NCBI RefSeq assembly: GCF_018977255.1
Contig: NW_024704742.1
Coordinates: forward strand, 79,486,001-79,550,000
Reading direction: 5' to 3'
DNA from: Callorhinchus milii
Taxonomy: Eukaryota
DNA length: 64,000 bases
Shown one piece after another: positions 1 to 12,819 of the stretch (positions are counted from its first letter, which is position 1; each line of letters begins with the position of its first letter). A model generated the notes under the pieces. It was given only the letters and a program-made list of their open reading frames with translations, was not told the origin of the DNA and made no database searches. Made by a program: the position numbers and the translations under genes.

Positions 1-127
1 CAGAAAGGTCTCATGCAACTATGAGGTGACCAATTCATTAAAAAAAAGTCAGAAAATCAAACCCGAGTCACAACAAAGCCCATTGTAAAAGTGGACACAA
101 GTTCATGCTTCCAGGTCATCAGGTCAA

Positions 128-300
128 CAAAAACAACACATTACGTTTATATAGTGCCTTTCACATTGGAAGGACATCCCGAGGCACTGGACAAAGGTTT
201 GCACTTGGACTGGGGGTTGGAATCAAGATGGGTGGGGGTGACAGGGAGGCCAAAGGCATAGTCAAAGAGAAAGTCTTGAGACAGGCTTTGAAGGAGGCAG
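128..300 (-). mobile_element. Degenerate L2 LINE 3' fragment
   Basis: A (CAA)n-like tail followed by tttatatagtgcctttcacattggaaggacatcc matches the 3' end of the young L2 at 5074. Confidence 0.7.
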
Positions 301-314
301 GGGAGGGGGTGATA

Positions 315-735
315 AACTGTGTAACCCATCACACCAGTTCTAGCCAGGCTCCACTGGCTCTCTATCACCGAATAGATCAATTTTAAGATCCTCACACTCG
401 TTTTCAAAACCCATCATGCCTTGGCACCTCCCTACCTCTCCAACCTGCTTAACCCCAATCCATTACCTGCTGCCTCCGCTCGATAGGCTCCAGCCTTCTG
501 CATGTCCCTCGTGTCTTCAGTTCCACCATCGGTGGCCGCACTTTCAGCCACTATGCCTGAAAGCGTTTCCTCTATCCCTCTGTCTTGCCCCTTCCTTCCC
601 ATCTTCAGATCGCGCCCGAAGACCTTCCTATTCGACCGTGCCTATGGTCTCCTCCCCCTGCGTCATGCTCTGCCACTGTAAAGCGCTGTCCTTCGTGAGG
701 GGCATTATATAAATTCAAGTTGTAGTTGTTGTTGT
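315..735 (+). mobile_element. Degenerate L2 LINE 3' fragment
   Basis: Decayed L2 ORF2 C-terminus (aggctccactggctc, ttttaagatcctc), ending in a (GTT)n tail. Confidence 0.75.
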
Positions 736-754
736 AAGGATTTTATTTATTATT

Positions 755-854
755 AAATTAAGACTGAATTCAAGAATTTTTGTCAGTTCTGAACAATCTT
801 AAACATTCAGACAGAATGGTTATACAGGCTAAAGACTAAATGAAATTTCAGGGC
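755..854. mobile_element. Right half of a MITE-like element (same family as 37143-37360)
   Basis: The sequence agactgaattcaagaattt...aaagactaaatgaaatttcagggc aligns by eye with 37280-37358, and its reverse complement aligns with 37145-37201. Confidence 0.55.
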
Positions 855-1789
855 TTTGCTCCTTATGTTCATAATCGATCAATAAAAAGAAAACCCACCT
901 CTGTTAATTGTAACACACAAAATAGCATTCTATTAGAATAGAATCAAGAGTACCATTTATTTAAACTGGCATTTAGCTACTTTGTTAGTTGCTATTTTAA
1001 CGTTTCACAAGATTCAAAGATTGTCCTTTTCAAAAAAAAAGCTCTTCAGGAGAGAGCGAAAAAAAATACAGATTTCTTCAGGATGAAAACAGGGTACATA
1101 TCCTCAGCGCACGATTACAGCCTCGCAGGTGAAGTCACAGGGAAGCAAACTGCGTGTGTAGTACATGCTTGGAATATCTTAGTCTGCAAATGCAGGAATT
1201 CTGAATTGTACCTTGGTTCAGAATGGACTTTCTGCAAATGTTTATCCCCTTTCCTTTCTCTGTCATTCTACCGTCCTTCCTCGCTTTTTCTGCCACTTAT
1301 TTCAGAGGAGAAGACAGTTTTGTTAATCTGACTGAGCGGAAGCCATCAGGACAAAAATAGATTTTCATCAAAAGCTGCTCTTGCTTTGGTTACTACTCGA
1401 ATGGAGTTTCTTCCTTCTATTCCTATGCCCCAGGCTATGATTTGAGTGCACCCAAGTGCACAGGAGGGGAGAGGATGAATAAAAACAAAGGTGCTGTATT
1501 TAGGAGGAAAAAAATTGTGCGTGTTCAAGTTCAAGGATCAGGTTGAGAAACACAAACAGGTTGCCCCTTTTGTGGTAGTTTAATGAATGATCCCAAAGCA
1601 GCAGTGCTCAGTTGTGACTCTCATACGTGAATGTTAGATAGTCTCAACTGTGAATGCAATGCTTTAAGGCAGGTAAAATCCCTGCAGACAGAGGCCACTT
1701 TAAACCCTGGTGATCACTGAGGAGAAGATTAAATGTATGAGAGCAATGATTGGAAATCCATTATTAAAGTCTCTCTTTTGCCTGAACAG

Positions 1790-1861
1790 GTATATGATGG
1801 AACCCGTGCTTTGAGAACACTGAGCGGTGTATGGTTGAAATAATGATCTCAGCTGGTAATG
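1790..1861 (+). other. Candidate 72-nt exon (5' UTR or start-codon-containing)
   Basis: Acceptor ctctcttttgcctgaacAG and donor G|GTACGT. All three frames contain stops, but an internal ATG is open to the donor (MVEIMISAGN). Confidence 0.3.
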
Positions 1862-2957
1862 GTACGTAAAATATTTTTTTTCTCACACTCCAAGACTATC
1901 CTGTTACAAGCAAACCCTTCATATCGATGTGTGTTCTTGTCTACTTGTAAGATAATTTAGCTTCTATGAGAATTCAGCTTCTATAAGATTTCAGCTTCTA
2001 TGAGAGGGAACCTGTCTATCAGGGAACATTTTAAGAAAACAAGAGTTGTGATGAACTTTTCTTTGTGTGTACTTGACTATTTGTAGGTTTTAATCCTGTT
2101 GAAATAATGTGTGAGTGCCACCAGGAAGCTCAGAGGCCAAGGGGGGAATGGGAAGGAGGAAAGTGTAGAGTGGGGCTATAATATTAATAATAATCCTTAC
2201 ATTTGGTACAGCGCCTTCCACGTCCGGAGGTCGTCCCAAAGTGCTTCACAGGATATACTGTAAGTGGAGTAAAGTGGATCAGTGCTATTTTGCTTTAATT
2301 TAGGAGATGTTAAAAATGCTATTTTTTTAAAAGATAAGTAGAGAAAGCTTGTATAGTGAATATTGCGGGGGATTGTAGTGAACAGTGTGCAGAACGCTAG
2401 CTGGTCAGCTGTGACTGCGGACCAAAGCTTTCTGAGGTTATGTTAATGCTCGGATTTCTTTACAAAATAGAGAAAGCTGCTTTTGATATGAAATCCTTAA
2501 CTAATCCTGGTAAAGTCCAAATGCCATCTGGCCTTATCTGACTGCGCCTGGCCCACCCCAACCACACCAAGCAAGTAAGAAAGTAATTAGTTACCTCCAT
2601 ACTCTGGACTAAATATATCATGCCATTTGATCAGAAAACGTACAAGATTTGTTTGGAAGAAAGAAGACCCTTCTGGCCGTCTGTTCTAGTTTTTCAGAAC
2701 ATCCACCCTACCATCCTCACGTCACAGCATCAAGCTATTTTTATTTAGTCCAGTGTCCTGGGCTCAACCACCCTTCCTGATAACCTGCTCCAATCGCTAA
2801 TTAACTTCTGGTCAAGAAATACTTCCTGGTGTGTGTCCGGAATTTGCCCTTTGCAACCTGTGTCTTCTTTTTCCAGCTGCTGATAACTTCAATGTAATTA
2901 TATCCTGCTGCTCAATCCTCACCCTGATGTCTTCAGGCTAGTGCAATATTATGCTAT

Positions 2958-3445
2958 CACCCTAGTCACCCATGAGCAAGGCTGTAAGAAAGTCAGAATT
3001 TTTTGGTTGAAAAGTTGCAATAGGATCCAGGGAGCCAGCAAGAGCTTCCTTGCGTGTAAGTGGGAGAGGTCGGGGCAGTGAGAGCAGGCCCAAGGTGGGA
3101 TCTGAGGCCTTGTATCGGCAGCAGCTTAAATAATATCCTTCAGCGGGTGCAAGACGCAGCGCCCAGAGTGAAAGTAGCCTGAGAAACCGGTCACAAGCTC
3201 AATCTGCCAGCGGGAGATGGGACCGAGTAGTTAAAGCAAGGAGCAACTTTTGTAGCTCCTCCTGTCAGTAGGCTGGTCCAAGAAGAGTGCAGAATGGGTT
3301 GATGGACAGGCGGATGAACCAATTGGAGCGACTGCTCACTGGCGTCATTGAAAGTTGCGGGAAGTATAAAAAGTTGCGGTGTGTGTCAAAAGGTGTGGTT
3401 TACACCTGCGATTTTCTTATAGCCTGAGCCGTGAGGTGACTGGTG
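2958..3445. mobile_element. Element bounded by ~36-bp imperfect inverted repeats (MITE-like)
   Basis: caccctagtcacccatgagcaaggctgtaagaaagtc (2958-2994) matches the reverse complement of 3410-3445, caccagtcacctcacggctcaggctataagaaaatc. Confidence 0.5.
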
Positions 3446-3466
3446 CGCATTCCTGCTCAGTAGTAC

Positions 3467-3652
3467 AACAACAACAACAACAAGATTCCATTTATTGAGC
3501 GCCTTTCACGTCGGGAGGACGTCCCAAGGCGCTGTACAGTTGGGTCAGGACCCGAGCAGGGGGGAAATGGTCAGGGTGGGGGGAGGGAAGGGAGGGAGCG
3601 AGGAGGGGGTAGAGAGTCGAGAGGAGAGCTGAAGGCACGGTCAAAGAGAAAA
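3467..3652 (-). mobile_element. Young L2 LINE 3' end (heavily 5'-truncated)
   Basis: Near-identical to the 3' UTR and tail at 5074-5350, with one copy of the internal G-rich unit. Confidence 0.9.
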
Positions 3653-4529
3653 AAGAGAATAGTAAGAGAATAGAGGGATAAAGAGGAAAAGGGGGGGGGG
3701 GTAAGGTGTCATGTGGAGTATAAACACCAAAATAGTTGGGCCAAACTGCCTGTTTCTATATTGTATCAATCTATATTGTTCTGTGCCACTGTTAAGCACT
3801 CTGAGATGCTATCCTGTGTGGAGGGTGCTATATAAGTGCAAATTGTTGTTGTTGTTTACTGCGTAGTTGTATGGTGTATTATTGTATCCAAACAGATATC
3901 TTTTATGATGCCTGTTCTAGAGCAACAAGATGTGGACACAGGTGGCCATTGTCCTTTATGATTATAATAATTCTAGGTAATTCCAACCAAGACACCTCTG
4001 TGGGAAATAAAGTGCGTTGATGAATGCAAAGTACAGATGCGGCACCTGCTTCAATCACTTTGCAGCAATGAGCGAGAGTTTTATGGCTGTGGGCACTGTG
4101 ACCTAAAACTTCTACATGCATGTGGTGGAGTGACAGGTGATATTTCATCCTAAGCCTGATTCTGTAAACATTTAGCAAGGTGTCAAAGTGAAAGGTTAAC
4201 TGTAAGATGTTTGCGGCAGAAACTCAAATTGCATCAATGGCCTTCCTTGTTATTTTCAGAATGCAGACAAGTTGGTTGCATTTAGTTTTTTGCTTCGGGA
4301 CGACTGGGTAGGATTTAATAATTCTAGGCACTTTGGTTAGGTATACAGTGAAGCTCTTCTACTCTGCTCCAATAATATATGAGGCAAAGTTCTACCAGAG
4401 TCCAGATTTTCTCATAACATAGCATTTATGTTTGTTTATGAAATACAGTTATTATACTTTACAGTATATCTTGTGAAGTGCTTTCAGTCATTCTCTTAAC
4501 ATGAAAGGTGCTAGATCAGACATAAGTTT

Positions 4530-4983
4530 GGAGTTCTGTAGCTTAGTGGTTACAGCATTTGCCTTGCAAGCGTGAGACCTGGGTTTGATTCCCAGGCAGG
4601 GCGAAATGTTGGGCAAGTTTCCTTACTCCACACTCCTCTGTTTACCTAGCAGTAAGTAGGAACCCGGATGTTAGTCGATTGGCGGATCGCTTTTCCAAGG
4701 GTAAAACCAAGCTGAGATTTCCATGCATCCCACCTACACATGGAAATCCCAGAGATAGTTTGTTGGAATGGAATTCCAATCCCATTTGCTGTCAAAATCT
4801 ATTCCCTTTTGAAGCTGATCACAATCCACGACTGTTTGTGGGACACTGCTGTGCACAATTGGCTGCTGTGTTTTGCCCACAAAATATACAGTCATTTCAC
4901 GTTACAGTATATTCTGTGAAGTGCTTTGATATGTCTCGAAGACATGATAAGGTGTTATATCAAATGCTAGTATTATTATTTTT
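4530..4983 (+). mobile_element. tRNA-Ala-derived SINE, long form, with a 122-bp foreign insert at 4704-4825
   Basis: A box (tagcttagtgg), B box (gtttgattcc), Deu-like core, L2-like tail and (ATT)n. Confidence 0.9.
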
Positions 4984-5073
4984 ATAGCAACGATTATAAT
5001 CGGCATTATTTCAAAGTGTCTAAATTTGTCAACAACCAGAAAATGATCTTTACCTCTGGTCAATCTCACTTTC

Positions 5074-7126
5074 AACAACAACAACAACAACAAGATTCCA
5101 TTTATAAAGCGCCTTTCACGTCAGGAGGACGTCCCAAGGCGCTGCACAGTTGGGTCATGACCCGAGCAGGGGGGAAATGGTCAGGGTGAGGGGAGGGAAG
5201 GGAGGCAGGAGGGGGGAAATGGTCAGGGTGAGGGGAGGGAAGGGAGGGAGCAAGGAGGGGGAAATGGTCAGGGTGAGGGGAGGGAAGGGAGGGAGCGAGA
5301 AGGGGGAAGAGAGTCGAGAGGGGAGCTGAAGGCTCGGTCAAAGAGAAAGGTTTTGAGACCGGCCTTGAAGGAGGAAAGGGAGGAAGCGGCGAAGGCACTG
5401 GGGGATGGAGTTCCAGAGCCTGGGGGCTGAGAGGCTGAAGGCCCGACCACCGATGGTAGGGCGGTTGGGGCGGGGGACGTGGAGCAGACCGGAGCCAGAG
5501 GAACGGAGGGTACGGGCAGGTAGGTAGGGGGATAGTAGGTTGGAGAGGTAGGAGGGAGCAAGGCCGTGAATGGCCTTGTAGGTGAGGATGAGGATCTTGA
5601 AATCAATCCTCTGGGGGATGGGGAGCCAGTGGAGGCGAGCGAGGGTGGGAGTGATGTGGTCCCGAAGCCTGGTGCGGGACAGTACACGAGCTGCAGAGTT
5701 CTGAATGACCTGCAGCTTGTGGAGGGAGGTGGCGGGAAGGCCGGCGAGGAGAGAGTTCCCATAGTCCAGCCTTGAGGTGACAAAGGCGTGGACCAGGGTT
5801 TCAGCAGCGTGAGGGGTGAGGTAATGCCGTAGTCTGGCGATGTTCCGGAGGTGATGGAAGGCGGTGCCAGTTGTGGTGCGGATGTGAGGGAGAAAGGACA
5901 GCTCAGGGTCGAACAAAACGCCGAGGTTCCTGACTGGCTTTGAGAGGTGGAGAGTGCAGCCTTGGATGCTGATGGTGTCGGCGCCTGAGGTGCGGAGGCG
6001 CTGACGTGAGCCAATCAGGAGGGCCTCGGTTTTTCGCACGTTGAGCTGAAGAAAGTTGTCTCTCGTCCAGGACTCGATGTCGGACAGGCAGCTGTCAGGA
6101 CATCGGTGGTCGTGGAGTTGAGAGTAGAGGAGGAAAGGTAGAGTTGGGTGTCATCCGCATACATGTGGAAGTTAACTCCATGTCTGCGGATGATGTCACC
6201 GAGGGGGAGCATATAGAGGGTGAAGAGGAGGGGACCAAGGACAGAGCCCTGAGGGACACCACATGAGACAGTGCGGGGGGTGGAGGAGAAGCCATTCGTC
6301 GAGACAAAATGAAGACGGTGAGAAAGGTACGACCTAAACCATTCAAGGACAGTGCCTTGAAGGTTGAGGTGGGAGGACAAGCGGTGGAGTAGGATAGCGT
6401 GGTCGACCGTATCGAATGCTGCCGATAGGTCGAGGAGGACGAGGAGACAGAGGGAGCCCTGGTCACAGATGGTCAGGATATCATTGGTGACCTTGACCAG
6501 GGCAGTTTCTGTGCTATGGGCAGCACGGAAACCTGACTGAAGGGGTTCGAAAAGTGAATGGGTGGAAAGGAAAGAGCGCAGTTGGGAGGCGACAACTCTT
6601 TCCAAGACCTTGGAGAGAAAGGGGAGGTTGGAGATGGGCCGGTAACTTGATAGCTGCGACGCATCAAGGGAGGGTTTTTTCAGGGTGGGCGTGATGGTGG
6701 CAGTTTTTAAGGGAATGGGGACAGAGCCAGAGGAGAGGGACAGGTTGATGATGTCGGTGATATGTGGGGCAAGAAAGTGGAGCTGGGAGATAAGGAGTGG
6801 AGTGGGGATGGGGTCAAGGGAGCAGGTGGTTGGTTTTAGGGATAGGATGAGTTCAGTGACAGAGGGTGGGGAAACGGGTACGAAGGTGTGTAGGGGAGGA
6901 TGGGTAGGAGTCGGAGTGTGGGAGGGAAGGGGTGGGTGGTGGGTGGAAGTTGGAGGGGAAGTGACCGCGCAGCGGATTCCCTTGATCTTGGATTCAAGGA
7001 AATCCAGCATCTCCTCGCAGTGAAGGTTGGAGGAGATGACCTGCGGGGGGGGGGGCGGGGGGACGGAGGAGTCGGGTTGTGGTGGAAAACAGTAGCCTGG
7101 GGTTGTTCTTCGCCTCCAGGATTATT
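5074..7126 (-). mobile_element. Young 5'-truncated L2 LINE: RT domain, ORF2 C-terminus, 3' UTR and (GTT)n tail; frameshifted
   Basis: ORFs 6015-7010 and 5338-6039 carry [73 protein letters not shown] and LHWLPIPQRIDFK. Frameshifts lie near 7050 (G run), 6090 and 5390. The endonuclease domain is absent. Confidence 0.97.
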
Positions 7127-8739
7127 CAAACATCATCTCTCCTCTTTTAATTGCCCAGCCGGGTATCTGACACATGATCATAATATTTAAGAATATCCAA
7201 ACCAAGCTGAGATTTCCATGCCTCCCACCTATACATGGAAATCCCAGGGATAGTTTGTTGGAATGGAATTCCAATCCCATTTGCTGTCAAAATTAATTCC
7301 CTTTTGAAGCTGATCACAATATCTGCTTCTACCATTTCTCTGAGAAATCTGTTCCACATGTTAACCTCTCTATGTAAATTAGTTACATTTTACCTACCTA
7401 TTGACCCGAAGCTTCCAGGATGGAAACCGTGATGCTTTGTTGTGGACCTCCTGAGCGTATGGAATAAGGTATTGAATAAATCCAATTGGTTTATATTTTT
7501 TATAGTTTGTGGTTTATAGTGCTACAAGACACTACCACTACATAAATACAGGTTGTTGTTTTGTTGGCTGGTTTTGAAAGCTGCTGCACTAAGAGGAGAC
7601 CGAGAAATGTGCTTGTTCATTTGTGGAATTTCTCTGACTGTTTAAGAACGTGAGTTATTTCGCTTTAAAAACATTTTGTAGATAATACGCTGTCAGATTC
7701 AGATACTCAAAGCATCTTTCTTTGTGTAAAGTCAAGTGATTTACATTATTTAGATAACTAAATGCCAACGAAATTCCCAGAGCTCCTTCACACAAGAGAG
7801 GGTCAGAGTAAAAAACATCCCCAATTTGGGAATGATTTTAATTTGACTGAAATGCTTATTTCAGCTTTACTTATCTGCAGTCCTTTGGGTACAGTAATGG
7901 ACTGGGGAAAGTAACAGTGGATTGTGCCATCTAGGCTTGCTAATAGCGTGCTTCACACAAGTCCAGTGTAGGTTTAATTTTGTAGCAGTCCTTTGTTGGA
8001 ATGAAGAAAATTTAATTTGCCTTTGCTTGTTAAACCTTTTCTTTATATTCCCCCACCCCCATTTCTCATTTAGTATTTGGCCAATGTTAAACGGATTCTT
8101 TTACCTAATTGACAGAATCAATACAACTTGTGCAACTAGATTGACCATGATATCAATGTGCTAGAACACAACACTGAATGGTTTGCATTTCCTCATTTAC
8201 AAAACAAAAAAAAGGCTTGTGGATCACTTTTCATGTATCTCTTTAAGGGATGCATGCTACATTCTTTGCTTCAGGACAAACGGAGACTTTTGAATATGGC
8301 AAAAATGGGATAGAAATTAGACACTTTGTTGTGCCTACCTGGTTAAAACTTCTCACATTTGCATTTAGCAATTGAGATGTAAACCTATTATTCAGTAAAA
8401 TAAATGATTTTGCTGATTCTATCCCTCGTACATTAAAAGTTTTTACCCTAAATTCTGTTTTGCCTGAAGCAATCTTCCATCCAGTGATACGTAAATTAAA
8501 ACTCTTTTTGTACTCCCTCGAACCAGCCAAACACTGGTTCAAGGGAGTTATGTATTTTCTCTTTTTTCAATTTCAATGCTTTACAGATCATTGAAATCTT
8601 AGTGCAATAAATTTATAAGCACACCTTAACTGGTGACCCGGAGTCTGTAAGCTGGATGATTGTACAAAGGCTCAGTGATGGGACCTCTCACACCTTGGCA
8701 GATCAGTGATTTACGAACGATGATCCTTAGCTAAAGTAA

Positions 8740-9150
8740 AGTTGCTCACCGGACTCCCCAGCTCTTTCCTGTACAAACTGCAGACGATCCAGAACTCTGC
8801 AGCCCATGTCTTTTCCCATTCCAGGCTCTGAGAACCTATCAGCCCCATTCTCACTTGATTCGATTGACTCCTTCCCCCAACGGATTGGGTTCAAGATTGT
8901 CATCCTCACGTTTAAATGCCTCCACAGTCCCACCCTACCCTATCTTTGTGACCACTTACTGACCCGGCTGCTCTCTTCACTCAGCAGGCACTGGCCAGTT
9001 TCATGTGCCCCTACTCTACTCATCCCATGATTGGCAGGCAGGTTTTCTGCCTTTCTGCTCCCTACATCTTCGACAACGCTTTCAACCATCTTTCCCCGTC
9101 CCACCCTTTCATCACCTCACCCTCAGCTTGGGTGGACAGCCTCCCGATGT
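8740..9150 (+). mobile_element. Old L2 3' fragment
   Basis: Decayed LQxIQNSAA and QRIGFKIVILTFKCLH motifs. Confidence 0.75.
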
Positions 9151-11534
9151 GAAATCGCGATATGTTTAAATTTGTAATATTTTTTTAAATTTAAAATAAT
9201 TGTGAAATATCTCTAGAATTTATTTTTATGTTATTTATAATAACCGGCAATGCCCAAACAGCTCTCAAAACATTATCTCAAAGAGACTAGGCTGGAGTTT
9301 TGAAAATGGAGACATATTTCTATGAGTAGAAATTCCACATTAACTCTGTTGCCTTGGCATTTCAGTGTGTCGTGCAGAATTTAACAAATTGCTAAAGATA
9401 GTCTGAATTTTGAAGCCGATTTGCTGTAAGTTCACACAGGAACTATTCTAAATTGTTGAATTCAAGAGTTTGCCTAATTCTGCATGCTGTGAACTGCTAC
9501 GAAAATAAATCTAGACACAGGTGAAGTTTCTTGTTTGACCCAGATCCAGGCTGATCCCTTGGGGTAATGAGCACCGGTTTTAGGCTGGAGGCGTACCACT
9601 ACATTTACAAACATCACTCGAGCCCTCAATCCTGAATGCATTGAAGTCACGAGTCTGAGTTGATCAGCTTCAGGGATATGGCAAGTGAATACTGCTTCCT
9701 GGTGGGATTGACTGCCAGCTGGGGACATAGTGTCTTCATAGGCCCACAGGCAACCCATTAACACTGGCATCTTCACACTCTGTGAGTGGCAGTAAGGTCC
9801 CAAGCATTGAGTCTTTATTTAGAGCAACTGCCAGATAGCAATTTATTATCAAGCCCAAGCTTTTGATCATTCTGATGCAAGTAAACCAAATGTTCTTTGT
9901 GGCAGAGGCCTTACAAATGAAAAAAAATCCTTTGGATCCTCACTTGAAAATTATAGCAAGGTAACATTACCTGTTATGAATGAGCCATTTTCAAACATGA
10001 CGTTTGAATAATGCTTCGTGACTAAACTGTTAACAATGAAGCTTTGCTTGTTTAAGATTCATTCGACGTTGGTGAACTGCCTATTTTTAACTTTTAAATT
10101 GCGGTTCGAATTAGATGCTGTGCAGGGGAATAAATTGGACAATTCATTGATATCTGTCAATTTGCAGAGCTTGTGCGTGGAGTTTTGAGTTTTGTGCATA
10201 ACTCACTATCAACTCCTGCCCATTTACACTGCAACATGGGCAAAGTGTGCACTCACTCTAGCAAAACAGACAATACCTGAAAGCAAGCGGTTATTTTAGC
10301 ACTCTCAATCTTCCCACTCTGAGTGACAGCAAGGTTCCCATCATCCAGTCGTTATTCAGAACGACATTGGATTACCAGCGCTATTGTTCTGTTGCAAGCC
10401 AATAAATCTTTGCAACAAAGCCCTTCCAAATCCATATATCCTTTCTGAGAAAAAATATTAAAATCCATCATAGATTTAATATGAAAAGAAATCTTTATTA
10501 ACTGTTGCACAACTTGGTGCAGCTGGGAGGAGGGATGAAGGGGCTCAAACATTGCATCAAATATTGGGAGAGTTCATAAAAACTATTGATTTAGAATACA
10601 ATAATAATCCTTACATTTAATACAGCGCCTTATCACGTTGTTGAGATGTCTTGTACAGCTTCATTGGAAAGTGGTGTGACTGTGTGTATTTTGTAGAATG
10701 GACTGGCAACTGGAAGTAGGAAGGAGAAAGGCAAGAAACTGATCCTCAAGTTAGAAATGCCAAAAGGTTGGTCCAGGAATCATATTACAGTAAATATCAC
10801 AATACCTATCCCCAGTTTAAGCTTAAAACAAAAAAGTTGCCTGGAGAGAGAGGTACCAAAGAATTAAATGATAACTGTTTTTCAATGTGTTATGTTTATT
10901 CAAAGTATTTTTTGTGGGGGGAATTCAGGAGAACGTCTCAAAGCGGTACACAGGAATTAATGTAAAGTGTAATGACTGTGAGTTTTGTTGACGACCGTGG
11001 CAGCCAATTTGCATACAGCAATTACCCTGGTGATTGAGTAACTTTATGACTATAATATTGGCACTTTACAGTCCTCGCCTGCTTGAGCTAATATTACACA
11101 GAATTGATCAGCCCACGGGAGCAGGAGGCTGCATAGACCATAAGGCAGTAAAGGGATGGAAATAAAATGTGTTCTGATGGTGGCTTGGTCACTGTAACCT
11201 GTGGGTCCATATAACACAACACTGCGTTGGCCCGATTCTGACAGTCTTTACTCTAAAAATAGAAATACTTTTTTTTCCAGGGCAATGAAAGTATAGCTGC
11301 ATTGGGCGGGACAGGGGCAGAATGTATGACTGATCATCCATCACAACTGAGCTGTAGGAACAATACCTTCAGAAAGAAAATTGCTGTTTAATGGGGTGTT
11401 AAAACCAATGTGACAAAAGGAACAATTGGAGACTTGTTCAGGATTCCGAGTAGTATCCTGTTTCTGACAATATGCGCTCTCACTCTTTTTGAATTCAGGG
11501 CTGTAGGCTGTAGATTGAGAATAAGGCTTTTATC

Positions 11535-11701
11535 TACGACTGTTTGTGGGACATTGCTGTGCGCAATTGACTGCCATGTTCGCCCACAAATATACAGTCA
11601 ATTCACTTTACAGTGTGTTCTGTGAAGCGCTTTGGGACGTCCTCCCGACGTGAAAAGCCCTATATCAAATGCAAGGATTATTATTATTATTATTATTATT
11701 T
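11535..11701 (+). mobile_element. Young SINE, 5'-truncated
   Basis: Deu-like core, L2-type tail and (ATT)n. Confidence 0.9.
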
Positions 11702-12819
11702 TGTGTTTGTGCGGGGCAGACTGCCAATGCTGTGAGCTTGCTTTGCGATAGCTTGCAATCCTTTACTTTTGTCATAAGATAATGTTCCCCATTCTCCTCC
11801 AATTTGGGGTAGATAAAGAAAAAAGCCAGGAACTCAAGAAATTTTAAAGCATCAGAAAACTTTTTGTAAAGCGAATTGAGTGTTTATTTTTGATGAATGT
11901 GGCAGACAATTTGGCACCGCAATTACTCACAAAAGGCCGTGAAATTGCTAATAAAATCAACCAAATGATGCTCGAAGAGACAGAGAGTAAAAGAGTTAGA
12001 AGGAAGGGCTTTATGCACCCCAAAACTGCTGCGACCTGGCTATGCGGGATTTGGGAAGTTTTCCAAGCTCCTGAGTGCCCCCATGATTGCCTCCACAAAT
12101 TGGCACCTTTACTATATGTCAGAATCCAAGCCCTTTCAAGGAGCCAGTTTGTTGCTGCCTGAAAAGCACACGGTTATAAACATAACATTAAAAAAATGTC
12201 AAGAACACAATATGCTCAATGTAATGAAATCTTTCCTGTTTCAGCTTGAAATTAGTCCACGTCTTACAAATCCATTCCGAATACTAAAAAAACCCTGTGT
12301 TTTTAAACTCCCTCCAGCACACAGCTTGACATGGATTGGGTTAACTGCGGGCATTAATAGAGCCGCATATTTTAAAACTAGCGCAATCTCTGCCCATAAG
12401 CTGTTGAGTTTTCCCTACAGACGGACCTAAAAATCCATAGTCTATGGAGAAAAACGTTGGAGTTGGCACATATGGAATTCTGATAGTTCAATCATATTTG
12501 GCAAGTGGATTCTTTTTTAAGAACCGTGGAAAACCGATTTCCGAGTTAAGACTGAATTTAAGAATTTTCCAGATTTAAATGTCAACAACAATGACCACAA
12601 GATTACATTTGTATAGCCTAAATGGTCTTATAAGTTATAAGACTGGATGGTATTGTGGCCATTTGCTGTCGGTGTTGGGAGGTGGAAGCAAAAAATCATT
12701 TCTCAGTGGCTGAATTTAATAAAAGCGTAGACTGGAATGAATGACAGGGCTGCATAAAACTGCCACAATTTTGACGGGCAAGTGGGGCTGTTGTCCTGTC
12801 ACAGCCCGGTTGATTGAAT

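Noticed and set aside
5102..7190. Pro/Ser-rich and antisense ORFs overlapping the L2
   Set aside because: They are alternative frames of a GC-skewed LINE.
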